Of a stretch of 64,000 nucleotides of DNA, positions 1-16,010 are shown one piece after another (positions within the stretch are counted from its first letter, which is position 1; every line of letters starts with the position of its first letter). The notes under the pieces are model-generated. The model was not told where the DNA came from and did not search any database. It saw only the letters and a list, made by a program, of their open reading frames with translations. This DNA comes from the human T2T-CHM13v2.0 reference genome, Homo sapiens: NCBI RefSeq assembly GCF_009914755.1, contig NC_060939.1; one strand, written 5' to 3'. The position numbers and the translations under genes were made by a program.

Positions 1-1630
1 ATGCCAATGACATTTTTCACAGAAATAGAAAACAGAATCCTGAAATTTATGTGGAACCACAAAATACCCAGAATAGCCAGAGGCATCCTAAGCAAAAAGA
101 ACAAAACTGGAGAAATCACATTACCTGACATCAAATTACATTACAAAGCTATTGTAACCAAAATGGCATGGTACTGGCATAAAAACAGACAGACCAATGG
201 AACAGAATAGAGAACCCAGAAACAAATCCATACATCTACAGTGAATTCATATTGGGTAAAGGTGCCGAGAACATACACTGGGGAAAGGACAGTTTCTTTA
301 ATAACTGGTGCTGAGAAAACTGGATATCCACATGCAAAAGAAACAAACTAGACTCCTATTTCTCACCTTATACAAAAATCAAATAAAAATGGATTAAACA
401 CTTACATCTAAGACCTTGAACTATCAAAGTAATAAAAGAAAACTGAAGAAACTCTGCAGACATTGGAGAAGGCAAAGATTTCTTCAGTAATACTCCATAA
501 GCACAGACAACCAAATCAAAATGGACAAATGGGATCACATCAAGGTAAAAAGCTTTTGCACAGCCCACAATAAACAATCAACAAAGTGGGGAGACAGCCC
601 ATAGATTGGAAGAAAATAGAACGACCATATAATCCAGCAATCTCACTACTAGGTATATGCCCAAAAGAAAGGAAATCAGCGTATTGAAAGGATATGTGCA
701 CTTCAGTGCTGAAGAGATATTTCAGCACTGTTCACAATAGCCAAGATTTGAAAACAACCAAAGTATCCATCAACAGACATATAAAGAAAATACGGTACAT
801 ATACACAATGGAGTACTATCCAGCCATAAAAGGAATGAGATCCGCTCATTTGCAACAACTGGATAAAACTGAAGGTCATTATGTTAAGTGAAATAAGCAA
901 GGCACAGAAAGACAAACTTCACATGTTCTCACTTATTTGTGGGAGCTAAAAATTAAAACAATTGAACTGAGATAGAGAGTAGAATGATGGTTACCAGAGG
1001 CTAACAAGGGTAGTGGGGTAGGGAGAAGTAGAGATAAGTAATGGCTACACAAAAAAGAATAAATAAGATCTAGTATTTGATAGCAGAATAGGGTAACTTT
1101 AGTCAAAAATAATTTAATTTAGTGTTTTGTTTTGTTTTGTTTTGTTTTTTTTGGAGACAGAGTCTTGCTCTGTCACCCAGGCTGGAGTGCAGTGGTGTGA
1201 TCTCAGCTCACCGCAACCTCCACCTTCCAGGTTCAAGCAATTCTTGTGCCTCAGCCTCTTGAGTAGCTAGAATTACAGGCATGTGCCACCACGCCCAGCT
1301 AATTTCTTGTATTTTTTAGTAGAGATGGGGTTTCACTGTGTTGCCCAGGCTGGTCTCAAACTCCTGAGCTCAGGCAATCTGCCCACATCGGCCTCCCAAA
1401 GCGCTAGGATTACAGGCATGAACCACCACACCAAGACTAATTGTACATTTAAAAATAACTAAAAGAGCATAATTCTACTGTTTGTAACAGAAAGGATAAA
1501 GCTTGAGGGGATGGATACCCCATTTACTCTGATGCAATTATTATGCACTGTATGCCTGTTTCAAAATATCTCATGTACCTCATAAATATATATACCTACT
1601 ATGTACCCACAAAAATTAAAAATAAAAAAA
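1..1630 (+). mobile_element. L1MA-type LINE-1, 3' part of ORF2 plus 3' UTR, interrupted by an Alu
   Basis: ORF2-like peptide [10 protein letters not shown]...[10 protein letters not shown]; 3' end ...ATGTACCCACAAAAATTAAAAATAAAAAA; internal jump near 615. Confidence 0.85.
1123..1437 (-). mobile_element. AluS inserted in the L1MA
   Basis: Antisense Alu dimer with T-rich tail. Confidence 0.9.
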
Positions 1631-2365
1631 GCTTTATTAAGATGTAATTCACATACAATTAACCCACTTAGAGTGTACAATTCAATGTTTTTTAGTATTT
1701 TCACAGAGTTGTTCAACCATTAGACAATCAATTTTAGAACATTTTCATCACCCAAAAAGAACACCCTTACCAATCAGCATTCACTGCCCATTTCCCCACC
1801 CCTCCTTCAGTCCTAGGCAACCACCAACCACTTTCTGTCTTTATGGATTTGCCTATTCTGGATATTTCATATAAGTGGAATTATATAATACGTGGTCCTT
1901 TATGACTGACTTATTTTACTTAGTATGTTTCCAAGATTCATCCATACTGTAACATTCCTTTTTTATTGTTGTTACATTATATGGATATACCACATTTTAT
2001 TTATCCATTTTTCAGTTGATTGACATTTGGGTTGTTTCAACTGTTTGGCTATTATAAATAATGCCACTATGAACATTTGAGTAAAAGCTTTTGTACGAAC
2101 ATATGTTTTCATTTCTCTTGGATATATACTCAGGAACAGAATTTGCTAAAAATCTGCCAGACCGTTTTCCAAAGTTGCTGCATCATTTTACATTTCTATC
2201 AGCACTGTAAGATTTCAATTCCTCCCCTTTCTTACCAACAATGACCTGTCTTTATGACAATACCCTTCTTAGTGGGTGTGACGTAGTATACCATCGTGGC
2301 TTTTTGCATTTCCCTGGCAGCCAATGAGATTGAGCATCTTTTCATGTGCTTATTGTGCTTATTTC
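1631..2365 (-). mobile_element. Old L1MB-type 3' end, antisense
   Basis: GCTTTATTAAGATGTAATTCACATAC...TTTGCCTATTCTGGATATTTCAT...GAGCATCTTTTCATGTGCTTATT is typical of L1MB 3' UTR. Confidence 0.75.
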
Positions 2366-3418
2366 CTAAAATCTCTTACAATCTTCCCTACAGCTTTCAT
2401 CTCCATTGGAGAGGCAGTGCCTGGTCACTGAGGGACAGAAAGAAAACTCATCCCATCCCATCTCCCTAAAAAAATCACCTGTTTTTATTGCTCTATATTT
2501 GTTGTTCATTGGTTGTCTTTGGGAACAAAAGAACAAAAATCCCACATGGTGAGAATTTTCTTGTCTCAAGTACCTACATTTTAAATATTTCTTGCAACAG
2601 TGTCTTATTTAAAGCCAATGATCTGAAATGAGTTTCTTCACTTCTACATAAAATGAAATGATCCCAAATAGCTGTATTTCCAATATTTGAAAAATGAAAA
2701 AATTTTCCAAACTAAAAGTCAATATGCATAGTCTCAGAAGAAGATGGAGAATCTGAAATTGGGAACTATCCTGGAAAGTCTGGGACATATGGTTGCTATA
2801 AATACAGGACAATTAGAGGTTCTTTTTCCATTTACAAAGGAAAAGTAATCGTTTTAAATTCATTCCTATGAAGGCAAGTCAGTCTGTGATGTTCATTAAT
2901 ATTTCCCTAGCCAACCAATTGTTCCAAATTCTGAGTATCAAGCATTTCTTTGCAAGAGTTATTTCCTATATTTGAACTGCATGCAGCCTACTTCATAAAA
3001 CAAATTTGCATTTGGTATAATATAAGTAATTTAAGAATGCCTGAAAGTCTGAAAAAGAATTTAGAACACCAGGTGATTTTAAACAGGACTATCTGCAATG
3101 GGCACAGTTTAGTCAGTAAATAATACCTTTTCTAGTATTATAATGACATGAATTTCAGTTTCTTAAAACAATTTTTAGAACATAAAAAGAAAATCCAAAT
3201 TGCTGTTTTTGTAAAAACTTTAATTAGAACTAAAGATGCTCTAATTTTAGGAGGTCAAATGTTGTTAACTTTAATAAGAATGAATAGTAGCTAAATGTTA
3301 TGCTTTAAGAGAATCCAAAGTAATAAAAAATCAGAATTTAAAAAACAGTTAAGTTAAAGTGTCACAACTTTGAAGAATACTTTGCTTTAAAAAGAGTTTC
3401 TATTAAATATGAATTATA

Positions 3419-3703
3419 GGCTGGGCACGGTGGCTCATGCCTGTAATCCTAACACTCTGGGAGGCCAAGGCAGGTGGATCACCTGAGGTCAGGAGTTTGA
3501 GACCAGCCTGGTCAAAACGGCCAAACCCCGTCTCTACTAAAAATACAAAAATTAGCCAGGCGTGGTGGTGGCCACCTAGAATCCCAGCTACTCGTGAGGC
3601 AGAGGCATGAGAATCACTTGAACCTGGAGGGGCAGAGGCTGCAGTGAGCTGAGATCGCACCACTTCACTCCAGCCTAGGCAAAAGAGCAAAACTCCAACT
3701 CAA

Positions 3704-3739
<36 letters not shown>
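3419..3739 (+). mobile_element. AluS with (TAAA)n tail
   Basis: TSD AAATATGAATTATA at 3405-3418 and 3740-3753. Confidence 0.92.
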
Positions 3740-5592
3740 AAATATGAATTATAAATAATTTTCCAGGGCAAATCTACTGTAAAAGGCAAAGGATTATAGA
3801 AAGAATAATTTCTTCACAGCCAGAGGCCAACAAGATAGCCAAGGTTTTCTGCTGTAATATCAAACTTTTTGTTTCAATCATGCTTTTTAAAGAGTAAAAA
3901 TAAATTTTATACCTGAATATTAGATATAGTATAATTTGTTTTTTCAGTTTTCAGATTTAGCTATCAGCACTTTTCTTTCAAGAACATTTTTTAAAAAGTA
4001 ATTTAAAAATATAAGTAACACATACACCGAGTACAAAATCAAAAAGAAAATGAAAGTTTCTACCCTCCAGCTATCCATTTTTACCCTCTGTCCTTGCAAA
4101 AGGTGATAGCTGTTTTATTTTTGTGCCTATCCATCCCTTTAGAGTTTTCTCTGACATAGTGTTATGCAGCTTGCTTTCCCCCCTTCAACATTATCTTTCA
4201 TACTTTGTTCACATATCAATATATATAGAGATGCTTTACCTTTTTGGTGGTTGTATGGTATGCTATTATATGGTACAGCAAAATTTCCTTAACTAGTTCC
4301 CTATTGACAGACAATTAGATTGTCAATCTAAATTCAGACTGACAATCTAAATGGTTTCAAATCTTTTGCTACCACAAACAATGCCTCAACCAAGCTGGTA
4401 TTTATCATTTTGCATATATATCTAAAATAATTTTATTTTGTGTAACAATAAAGATTACAGTAAACTAACCTGAGATGGAAACAGATCTTAGTGATTAATT
4501 GGATGCTACAGAAGGAAATACTTTTCTGAGTGAGCCAAGAAGCACAGATAAGTTTAAATACCTTTCTTCAAAGGTAAGATCAAGATCAAAGATTCAAGAT
4601 CAAGAGGCTTACATTTGTATTAATATCTTAATCATTGTTAATAACAACTGTCTTCACAGAGCTGTATTAAAATCCTCTATGCGCAAATGTCATGATTCCT
4701 CTGTATAGATCATATAATTCTAAAGACAAGAATTGGGGCAGGCAGTAAAAAAAGAAATTGAAAGAATTTACAGCCATAAAAATGTTCAAGCCGTTATTAA
4801 TCATACTATTTAAATTAAGCTAACAGATCAAGAAATACTTCAGAGATCACAAAAGACCAGAATACAATTAAAAACTTAAAGTTTTTAATTAAAACTTTAA
4901 TTGTAAGTTTTACAATTAAAAACTTGAATTGAAATTATCTAAGAACCTCTTTGCTTAAAGTGGAGTTTAAATTTCCATTCTATTTATAAGACATTTAATT
5001 TTTTTTTATTTGAACACATGAAAAGTGGGTATTTGGACACATGATATTCGCACATGAGTGTCTCAGAAAAATAAGCAGAACTTATATGAATAGACCTTTT
5101 ATAGTATTTTAAAAATAAGAAACCATATTTTTCTGCTTGCTGAATATAATAAAAACTATTATTTTAAATGAACATCCTTCCTCTCAAAATCCACACTATA
5201 TGGATTCATACTACATACTAGATATAGATAGAAAAAAGGCTCACAAAAATCACTGTAAATTTAACTTAACTGTTTTCTAAGGTAAACCAATCTTATTAAT
5301 AAACAAAATTGCATTTGTATAGCTGCTTCTTTCCTACTTCCTTATTGACTGTGCTTTATACTATAATGGGCTTATTTAAAACATTTTCCTAGAAGTTCAA
5401 AATTTACTGAGTCAATCTTTCTATATGTCAATGAGGAAATGGAGTTAGATAAACAATTTAATCTGTGCTATAAAATCATAGTGCTTTGGAAACTGGATAT
5501 CTTTGCATAAAGCAAGCATTCCATGTCTTAAGTTTGTGATTTGCTCGGCCTCTAGCCTTTCTGGTAGATCTGACTATAAGACATAAACTGTA

Positions 5593-5890
5593 TAGTCAGC
5601 TCTCTCTATCGGTGGATTCAATCAATCCGGGATCAAAAATATTTGAAAAGAAAAAATAACACAACAATAAAAAAATACAAATTAAAAAACAATGCAGCAC
5701 AAGTATTTACATAGTGTTTACACTGTATTAGGTATTATAAGTAATCTAGAGATGACAAAATTTATGGGAGGATGTGTGTAGGTTACATGCAAATTTTATA
5801 CCACTTTATTTAAGGAACTTGAGTATCTGCTCATTTTGGTGTCTGTGGGGTCCTGGAACCATTCCCCCTGCAAATACCAAGAGACACCGG
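5593..5890 (-). mobile_element. MER2-type TcMar-Tigger DNA transposon
   Basis: Internal GTATTAGGTATTATAAGTAATCTAGAGATG and GGTCCTGGAACC; TA dinucleotides flank both ends. Confidence 0.8.
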
Positions 5891-6974
5891 TACTTGGTTC
5901 TTTGATAGTAGCTTCACACTACTTGAAATTCTACGGCCCTTAGAAACCCTCACATCTTTAAAGGGGCTTTTACCTCACAGATTGGGGTGAGGTGGAAGTC
6001 AGGAGAAACTACTTTCTAAATCAGTTTCACTTTGAGTTATTGTCCTTTGAATTTCAATTTCTTTGGAGTTCTTACTTTCTAATTATCACAGACTTGTGAA
6101 AACAGATGATTTACCTTGTCAAGTTTATCTTTACATGCTCTAAAGTTTCATTCATGATTTATTGTGAGGATTTAAAAATACAAACCATTTTTTAATATGC
6201 TACAGGAAAGAAGGAATCTGAAGCAGGCAAGACATAACAGGAATCAGAGGTTGTGTCCGTATCAAATATAAATAGGATTTTATAATTATTTCTAAAGTTA
6301 AAATGTAATATATCCAACATTTTTAGGAGCAATTTATATTGTATGCTCCTAAACTAGATGACTACTAAATATGAGAAAAAGGTTTTGCATTTGTTTCAAC
6401 TTTCTTTCCACCTCTAAAAAAGGGAGGGGCTCATCCCATTGTTTCAAATTTATATTTCTGAACAAAGGAAAATAACAAGAGAACTAAGGTATAAAGTTAT
6501 AATTTAGCCAGGAAATACTCACAGCTAGGTAACTGCTAAAATGGATAAAGCTCTTCCTTTCCAAAAGAAAAGTATTCACTCTCGACTGAAAATAGAGATT
6601 CACACTTCTGAGCACTAATTATGATATTAATTTTTTTCTTTTTAGAAATGTCTGCCAAGCTACTAGGGAAAGGAAAAGATAACTTTCGAAGAGGTGGACG
6701 CTAACATTCTCTGGAGAATTATCTCTGCAGTTTAAATGAGAAATGAAATCAGCAGACGACTGCTACTGTTGCAAATATAGAGTGCCTTCAATTCTAAGAA
6801 ACCAAGGAGCTGAGCTGTGTAAAATCTTGGATGTTCAATTTAAAAACAAGTAAGTGTGAGAAGGTGAATTTTAAAACAGATAAACAGGAAACTACTTTAA
6901 AATGGATAAAAGGAAGCTGTGGTAGCTGAGGAAAGCTGGAGGCTCTGTGCCCAACCTAATCTAGAGTTTCAAGA

Positions 6975-7146
6975 TTCAGGCTGAAATTCAGTGTGTGTTA
7001 AAATCACCTGATAGGCTATTTAAAGACAGATTGCTGGGATCTACCCCTAGAATTTCTGATTCTGCTGATCTGGTATAATGTGTGAGAATTTGCAGTTCTT
7101 GGGTGATACTAATGCATCTGGCCAGCAATACACCTTGAGAAACATG
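6975..7146. mobile_element. MER5A-like hAT-Charlie element
   Basis: AAATCACCTG...CAGATTGCTGGG...TTTCTGATTC...TTGAGAAAC motif order. Confidence 0.6.
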
Positions 7147-7507
7147 TATCTATTCAGTGTCTGGAGAAACCAGGAGGAGTGAGCAATGATTGTTAATAGC
7201 TGAAGATAAATGAGCAGGCCATCTAACGCTGGTCATATAATTGGGATACATTTGGTTAAACCAAGCTCAAAAGTTTATTTCCTACAGAACTTTAGGAACT
7301 TAGATTTACTAATGTGCACTGTGGTATTCCAAGATACAGCATGTGGCATTATACAAACTTATCTGTCAATGGGGTAGGTTTTATATGAGGCATCTTACAG
7401 ACTGGTGAGGACCACATTTCAAAAATACTGGTCCAGAGGAAAAACTAAATTCCTTGGCATGGAATTCTAGTTTGTTTTTTCCAATCTACCTTGCAGCCTT
7501 CTATTAA

Positions 7508-7895
<388 letters not shown>

Positions 7896-8384
7896 ACAAT
7901 GCCATTTTAATAAAAATTTACCTGATGATACTAAATTGCTAATTTCCTCCTCTGTAATTCTACTTCCCTTTGTATCTGTTTTTAATATCTGTATTATAGT
8001 TCTCTTGCACTCCAACCAGACGGTAAATTCCTTGAGGTCAACAAATACTAGTGACTAGCTTCTAGAGTCAGGCTCCAGGTTAAGTTCAGGAGGGTATTTC
8101 TGGTATCATGGAGCCTCCAGTCATGCATGGTGGACAAATATGCATATATAATTAAAATCTGTGTAAAAACTGCAAAGGAAAAGGATAAAATTCTATTCAT
8201 GTATATAGAAATGTTAAGGAAAACTTTTATTCTTTGTTATAGCCCAATGTGCCTTACCTTTATAGTTTTAACATAATTTATCTATTTAAGACCTAAAGAT
8301 AAATTCTAAATTATTAAACATGATAATTTATAAATATATTTGTATATATTTATGAATATACAATTTATAAAATATTAAATATGA

Positions 8385-8685
<301 letters not shown>

Positions 8686-9296
8686 GATATGGCATGTCTT
8701 AATGGAAAACTCTGCTGTGTCATCTTCGTCTTACTTAATCCTTCCTTTGTAAACATTAGCTATTTAGACCTGAGGAAGTACTCTAGGACGTGGAGGGAAT
8801 TTTCCAAGAAGGAAATAGGAATAGTTCTAGCATTACAAAACTAAATCAGGAGTTGTGACAGGAAATGCTGCAATATCAAAAGAAGATGGTATCAGATTTC
8901 CTTTGACTTTTCAATCACTAGATTCTTAAAGTCCCACTTTGCCCATTTCAAAAGGGTCAGTATGTTCAACTTGGAGCAATAATAGTGAGGGTCGAATGAC
9001 CTGCTCAACTCCCTGCAATCTGACTGCCTTCTTCAACCTGGCCTTACATTTAGCTTTCTGCCAGCAGTTTGACAGCCTGGTAAGGTTTGGGCTCCAGACT
9101 GGTTTATTAATTCCCTGCCCATGTGTCCTCCTGGCCTTGACTGTGGCTTATGTTCCTGCATCGTTTACTGTCTTTCCTGCCTCAGGGACTGAATTGTGTT
9201 TGCTTCAAGTTGTGGCAAGTTGTCTTCCTTACGAAGGGGTGATCCAAGCTTTCCCCTATACTTTTCCCCAGGCTTCCACATCCGGTTCCTGACCTT

Positions 9297-9315
9297 TCCT
9301 GCCCTCTAGTGGCCA
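9297..9315 (-). promoter_or_regulatory. Candidate CTCF site
   Basis: Minus strand TGGCCACTAGAGGGCAGGA closely matches the CTCF core consensus (TGGCCACCAGGGGGCGCTA). Confidence 0.6.
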
Positions 9316-10044
9316 TGAGCCACACTCCCATCCTTGGCTGTGGAATCTGCACACAGTTGGTAAAGTTTGACAGATTAGAATATTTTACGTGAATTTCTAT
9401 TATTCAAATGCCATGATATTATAACCCTGATCTTCCATTGACATTACCCCACAATTAAAACACACATCCATGAGAGGTGAAATCCACAACTCAAGTGGAC
9501 TTAGATTCAGATAAAACTACCCCACTTAATAGTTTAAGTATAATCTAAGAATGTTTACACAATGTTCCAAAAGGAAGGTTAAAAATAATTCCTAAGTTTT
9601 TCCATATAGTGTAAGGCCTACCAACACACTGCACATAGTTGGAAGTCACTATTTAGCTCATCATTTGGTTGTTAGATTTATTGCTCCAGATTCCGGTTTT
9701 AATCATTTTCAAAGGTAAATGAATCTAAAAGTTACAAACTACTGAACTTCATATTCAATTTTTTCTATGTATTAAACAACACTAGCATTAGTGGGCCTGA
9801 AAACACTGTTAACAACTCAGGATTTATGAAAGTTTTCAGTCTATAGACTTTACTGAGATTATCCTCCTGCAAACTTCCTTAATTCACGGGCAAGCAGCCT
9901 TGATGCTTACAATAATTTCAACACTCTGATCCTTCTTTAATAATTTCAAAACATCTTATATATGTTCTTTGTCTTCCTTGCCTAGACTGCCCTATCAGAA
10001 GTTGGGATAATATCTTCTGCTCTTTTGTATTTCACAAAAAGAAC

Positions 10045-10354
10045 TTTTTTTTTTTTTTTTTTTTTTTTGAGACAAGGTCTTACTTTGTTGCCCAGGCTAA
10101 ATACAGTGGCACAATCGTAGCTCAATGCAACTTGGACTCCTGGGCTCAAGTGATTCTCCTGCTTCAGTCCCTGAGTAGCTGGGACTATAGGCAAGCGCCA
10201 CCACACCTGGCTAATTAAAAACAATTTTTTTTTAAATAGAGACAGGGGTCTCACTCTGTTGCCCAGGCTGGTCTTGAACTCCTGGGCTAAAGTGATCCTC
10301 CAATCTCAGTCTCCTAAGTGCTGGGCTTACAGGCGTGAGCCACTGTACCTGGCC
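10045..10354 (-). mobile_element. AluJ
   Basis: Diverged antisense dimer with J-type CCTGGGCTCAAG motifs. Confidence 0.85.
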
Positions 10355-11134
10355 AAGAAAAGACCTTTAAAAAGCAAAATCTGTTTGTTAGATTTTTAGT
10401 AGTCTTTTTCCTATTCATTAACAAATGGTAGTAAGCACAAATGATGCACAGTGATCAGTGAAAACAAAGATTTCTTCTCAGTACAATAAACACACTGCAA
10501 GAAGTATGTGTAAAGATTGTACATATGGCCAGAGAATATTTCTAAACAACAAACAAAATAATTATCAAATAATTCCCAAAGTAGTTTTTCTTCTTCTTTT
10601 TAATTCTCTCTCTCTCTTTTTCAAACCTTGGCACAAGACTACATTATGTAGTGGCAGAATAAAATGTTTTCTATAAAAAGTTTTACTTTTTGAAATGAAT
10701 AGCCTTTTATTAGTTTTTAAAAATGTATTTCAGAAGTAGAAACTGATTATTCTTACAATTTGATTACCTGGTTATCTGATCAAATGTAAGTTTAGCTGAT
10801 CTATAAACAGTTTTTAAGATTTTTTCCAGGGTTGAAAACTCATATGATTTTTACTGAAGACTATAACATATCAATGAAAACAGGAAAAACGGGGATGTGG
10901 GTTACTGTTGCTTAAGAAAATAACTCAACAAACCCCTTTAAAACCAGTATTTTCTTGCTTAAACATTAGGGCAGGTACCAGTAGAGAAAAATAAAGCCAT
11001 TGGGATGGGGCTCCACTCCTTCAGCCATAACCACCTAGTACAGCAGCTTTAGGCGTTTTCCTCAATACACTGGATCATTGTGAAAGTACAGGGGTATCAA
11101 TGTCTTGCAGCTTGAGACCTAATGTTCTAGGGGA

Positions 11135-11343
11135 ACCCTGTCCAACAGAACTTTCTGTACTGATGGAAATGTTCTGTACTACTGCTGTCCAATGCAGGAG
11201 CCAGTGATCACATGTAGCTATGGAGCACAGGAAATGTGTCTAGTGCAAATGAGGTTCTGAATTTTAAATCCAATTTAATTTAAGCTAATTTAAATCTCAA
11301 TAGCCACATGTGGCTACTGGCTACTAAACTGGACAGTGGTGCT
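11135..11343. mobile_element. MER3-like hAT-Charlie element
   Basis: CTGTCCAA...GATGGAAATGTTCT...TAGCCACATGTGGCTA...TGGACAG inverted ends. Confidence 0.75.
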
Positions 11344-12466
11344 GTAGGAAATTTTTTTTAGTAAAACAGTACTTTCTGGTTTTAAGATCTTAGTTTTAGT
11401 TCTTGCTGTCTCTGAGATTCAGACATGTCCTCAAAGCTGAATGATGCCCCACACCACACTGTGTTCAGAATCATGACTCCACTTTTTTTTTTTTTAAACT
11501 AGTTTGGCTCATCATACCTAAGAAAAGGTTGAGATAAGCTTTTTAAGGATGCTTCTGGACAAGAACTCATCGTAAGGAAAGGAGGAGGAACCAGAGCCCA
11601 GTGGGACACAGCAGGACTCCAAGGTGACAACAGGTGCGCTGCATATGCCTGGAAATACTGCTCCACAGGACTGGATTTGTTTTAGAGCGCATGGGAGCCA
11701 TGCCTGGGAATCCCAGAAATACTGAAGAGCACTTTATAGCTGCTTGGGATCTTTTATGAGAAGAGAAGAGCTAAGTCAGTGAAATTTGGGTTATAATTGT
11801 TATTTTGTATCTACTGGTCCCTGCAGGCTGGTGAAGCTTAGGAAACTCAGATTAAATGGAGTAAACAGATTTGACTAGCTTGCTCCAAAATTATGGTATC
11901 AGTATAATATATTTCGGCAATTTTACCACCTGTTGCTAATATTTATAAATAACATGCCAGGGTCATACCCAAATTAACTTCAGAAGGTTAAAAAATATCC
12001 TAAGAGCCAAATACATAATTACTTTCAGTAAAGGGAGAGATAGCTATAAGAGAGCTTTATAAAAGCCCTATCAGACTGACAAAATTGAGTTGCTTATATG
12101 AATCATACAAAATTGAGCTTTTATGTATGTCTCAAAGAGTAACTATATAAATGTAAAATTATAATAGCTGAATTACTTTGCTTTTACCCTGTCAACAACT
12201 GCCAACTAAACATTTTAATATGAAGATAAATTGGCACACTAGGATATATTTCCCATTGCAAATGTATTAATAATATTTTGTTTAAAATATGAGGCAAAAA
12301 CATTGATGACAGCTAGAAGATGAACTGATTCCTAAAGATCAAGAGTAAGATAAAAACCAAGTTATAATAGTGGTTTTTACAAAATAAGATGTTTATTTTA
12401 ATGTTTTCACATATAATAAACTCATTTAAATAAAAAGAATGCTATTAGCGAAAACTGGTATCTAAC

Positions 12467-12610
12467 TTTTTTTAATTTTTAATTTTTGTGGGTACATGGT
12501 AGGTGTATGCATTTATGGGGTACATGAGATGTTTTGATACGCTATGAAATGCATAATAATCACATCATGGATGATGGAGTACCTATCCCCTCAAGCATTT
12601 ATCCTTTGTG
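12467..12610 (-). mobile_element. Short 5'-truncated L1MA 3' end
   Basis: TTTTAATTTTTGTGGGTACAT...CCCCTCAAGCATTTATCC; flanking TATCT(T)AACT duplication. Confidence 0.75.
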
Positions 12611-14262
12611 ATATCTTAACTATTGAGAGCTCTGTGAATTCTTTAGTTTAAAAACTGAAGAGAAAAAAGTCTACAATTTTATGTTTTACATTTATGAAAT
12701 CGTCTCCATAAGTCAAAATTTTCAATGGGGGATCAAAGAAACAAGAGTTCGTTTTAGAACTACCAATTATTGGATATTCAATGTGGGGCTTGTGGCCCAC
12801 ATATAGGACTTTCTGGCTAATTATTTACTCCTGTTAATTTGCTGTATAATTCTTATTTTTGTTCTCCTTCAGTACATCCAGTGTTGACACTGTCCCTAAG
12901 AATACATCCAATCAAAATTCGTGAGTATAAGTAAAAAGAATTGTGGCTTAATTGTTAATAGGCTTTAGAAATCCTGTATTCCTTTGAAAACAGACTTTGA
13001 TCTTTGCTTTGGTTTCTTATGAAGAAGTGCTTCCCCAGATTCGTGGTCTGTGTATTTTTACTTGACTTTTTAATGTGTTCTTTTCATGCATTTCCCATTA
13101 CTTAACTGTTCATGTGGATTCATAATTACATATATGATTCCATTTGTACATATAAAAAACAATTATTACATGTTACATATCATGGCACTTTACAGTTTAC
13201 AGTGCCTTCAGACACTCTCACAACAATATAAGGTAGATAATGAGAGCTACTCTTTATTGAGCATCAAGTATTTGCCAAACATATAAAATTTCCAGTACTT
13301 GAAACACTGTTGCAATGTTTCATAAATTTTATATTATATAAATATAAAAACCAGGATTTGGAAAAGCTATAATAGGAACTAATAGAGTTACTTCAACATA
13401 GAGTACATTTTCACCTCTGCCTAGGAATGAGTAAGGTAGCTATCCCAGATGTTTGAACCCTAAATACAGTGCGGCAATTAAGGCTTAGATAAGATGTGGT
13501 TAGATGATAAATTCCAAATCTGAACTCTAATCTCTTGGTTTTAGGTTCCAAAGGAAGGCCTCAATTATATTGGTAACCCATGCATTATCAAAAGTTATCT
13601 GATTAAAGAAAGAGAAAATCCTATGGTAAATAACTGACATGCTCCATCCCAAAGAGATGTGAATATCAGAAAATAGATGAATTAGACAGATGCAAGTCAA
13701 AAGAGATGTATCCATCTTGAATTTTGTCAATACTAAAATGACATAGTGACTTAGAGATTTATCTAGCCAAAACAGTTTAGAATTAATGTTGCTTTTACCA
13801 TTAATTTTGTCACGACTGCATGGTGGCTTTATATATGTAAAAGGCTCCTAACCATCACAGATGCATTTCAACGTGTTTATGGGTACAATATGTATTTTTT
13901 AAAAAAGATTCTAGAAAAAAGGAGAAGCGAGGAGGAGATGGATGATATAATCAACAAAATGTTGATATATTTTAGAACGGGATGAGGCATACATAGGGGT
14001 TCACTGCAATATTCTTTCTACTTTTGTGTATGTTTGAAATTTTCCCTAACGAAAAGTTTTAAAATATTTGGGAAAAAACTAGCTTATAATAATATAGGTA
14101 GTTTATAACATTTATTAAATAAAAAGAACTTAAGGATGAAATTCATAAACAATGTTATAGGAGGCAGAAAACAAAGTATGTGTTAATCAATAAAAGTAAT
14201 CAGAAAAAAACAAAGAAATTATAAATCACAAGTTGGAAGACAAGGAAGGAAATATTTGAGAG

Positions 14263-14440
14263 AAATTAGGTCAGCATGGTGGCAGGTGCCTGTAATCGCC
14301 GCTAGTCAGGAGGCTGAGGCAGCAGAATCACTTGAACCCAGGAAGTGGAGGTTGCAGTGAACCGAGATCGTGCTATTGCATTCCAGCCTGGGTGACAGAG
14401 CGAGACCCCATCTCAAATAAAAAATAAATAAATAAATAAA
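14263..14440 (+). mobile_element. 5'-truncated Alu (right monomer)
   Basis: Right arm plus A-tail; GAAATATTTG..GAGAAA on both flanks. Confidence 0.85.
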
Positions 14441-14956
14441 AAGAAATATTTGCGAGAGAAACTGGTTCTCTGGTAATGTTTAATAATAATCCCTAAACTT
14501 TTTTTTCACTCAACAATGGCCATAAGAAAACACTTGATCTGGACTATACATTCTTCAGAGTGTAAACATTATTCATTAGATTGTAGTCAGCCCAAATGGA
14601 ATTTTTCCTTTAGACAACTCTTTTTTTTCTTTCTGATGCTATTTTTACCAAAGTAATCTTTTCCAAGCAGCTTTATCCTGTAGGATTCTCCCAGTGCCCG
14701 ATGAGAGTCCTTTTGGCTAGTGGTAGTAGAAAGGTGCTTTAAAATACATAATGGAGTTGCGTTTTGGTTGAAGTATGACATTTGCTAGATTTGTGATTTT
14801 CAGCAAGTCATTTAAAAATTTCTGGGCCTTTCTACTTATTTCTAATATGGAGATATAATCACTATCTCAGACAGTTTCCTAAAATGTGGCACATGAAGTA
14901 TGCTGTTTTAAACTTTTACAAATATAAGGCTAAGGGTTTAAAAAAGAATATACTGG

Positions 14957-15574
<618 letters not shown>

Positions 15575-15663
15575 GAATATATCAAGGTTTTCTCCAAGTT
15601 AAAAATCATAGTTGAGGCTTCAAGTCCTAGTGACAGTGAACATCCAATATTAAACTCTACTAG

Positions 15664-16010
<347 letters not shown>

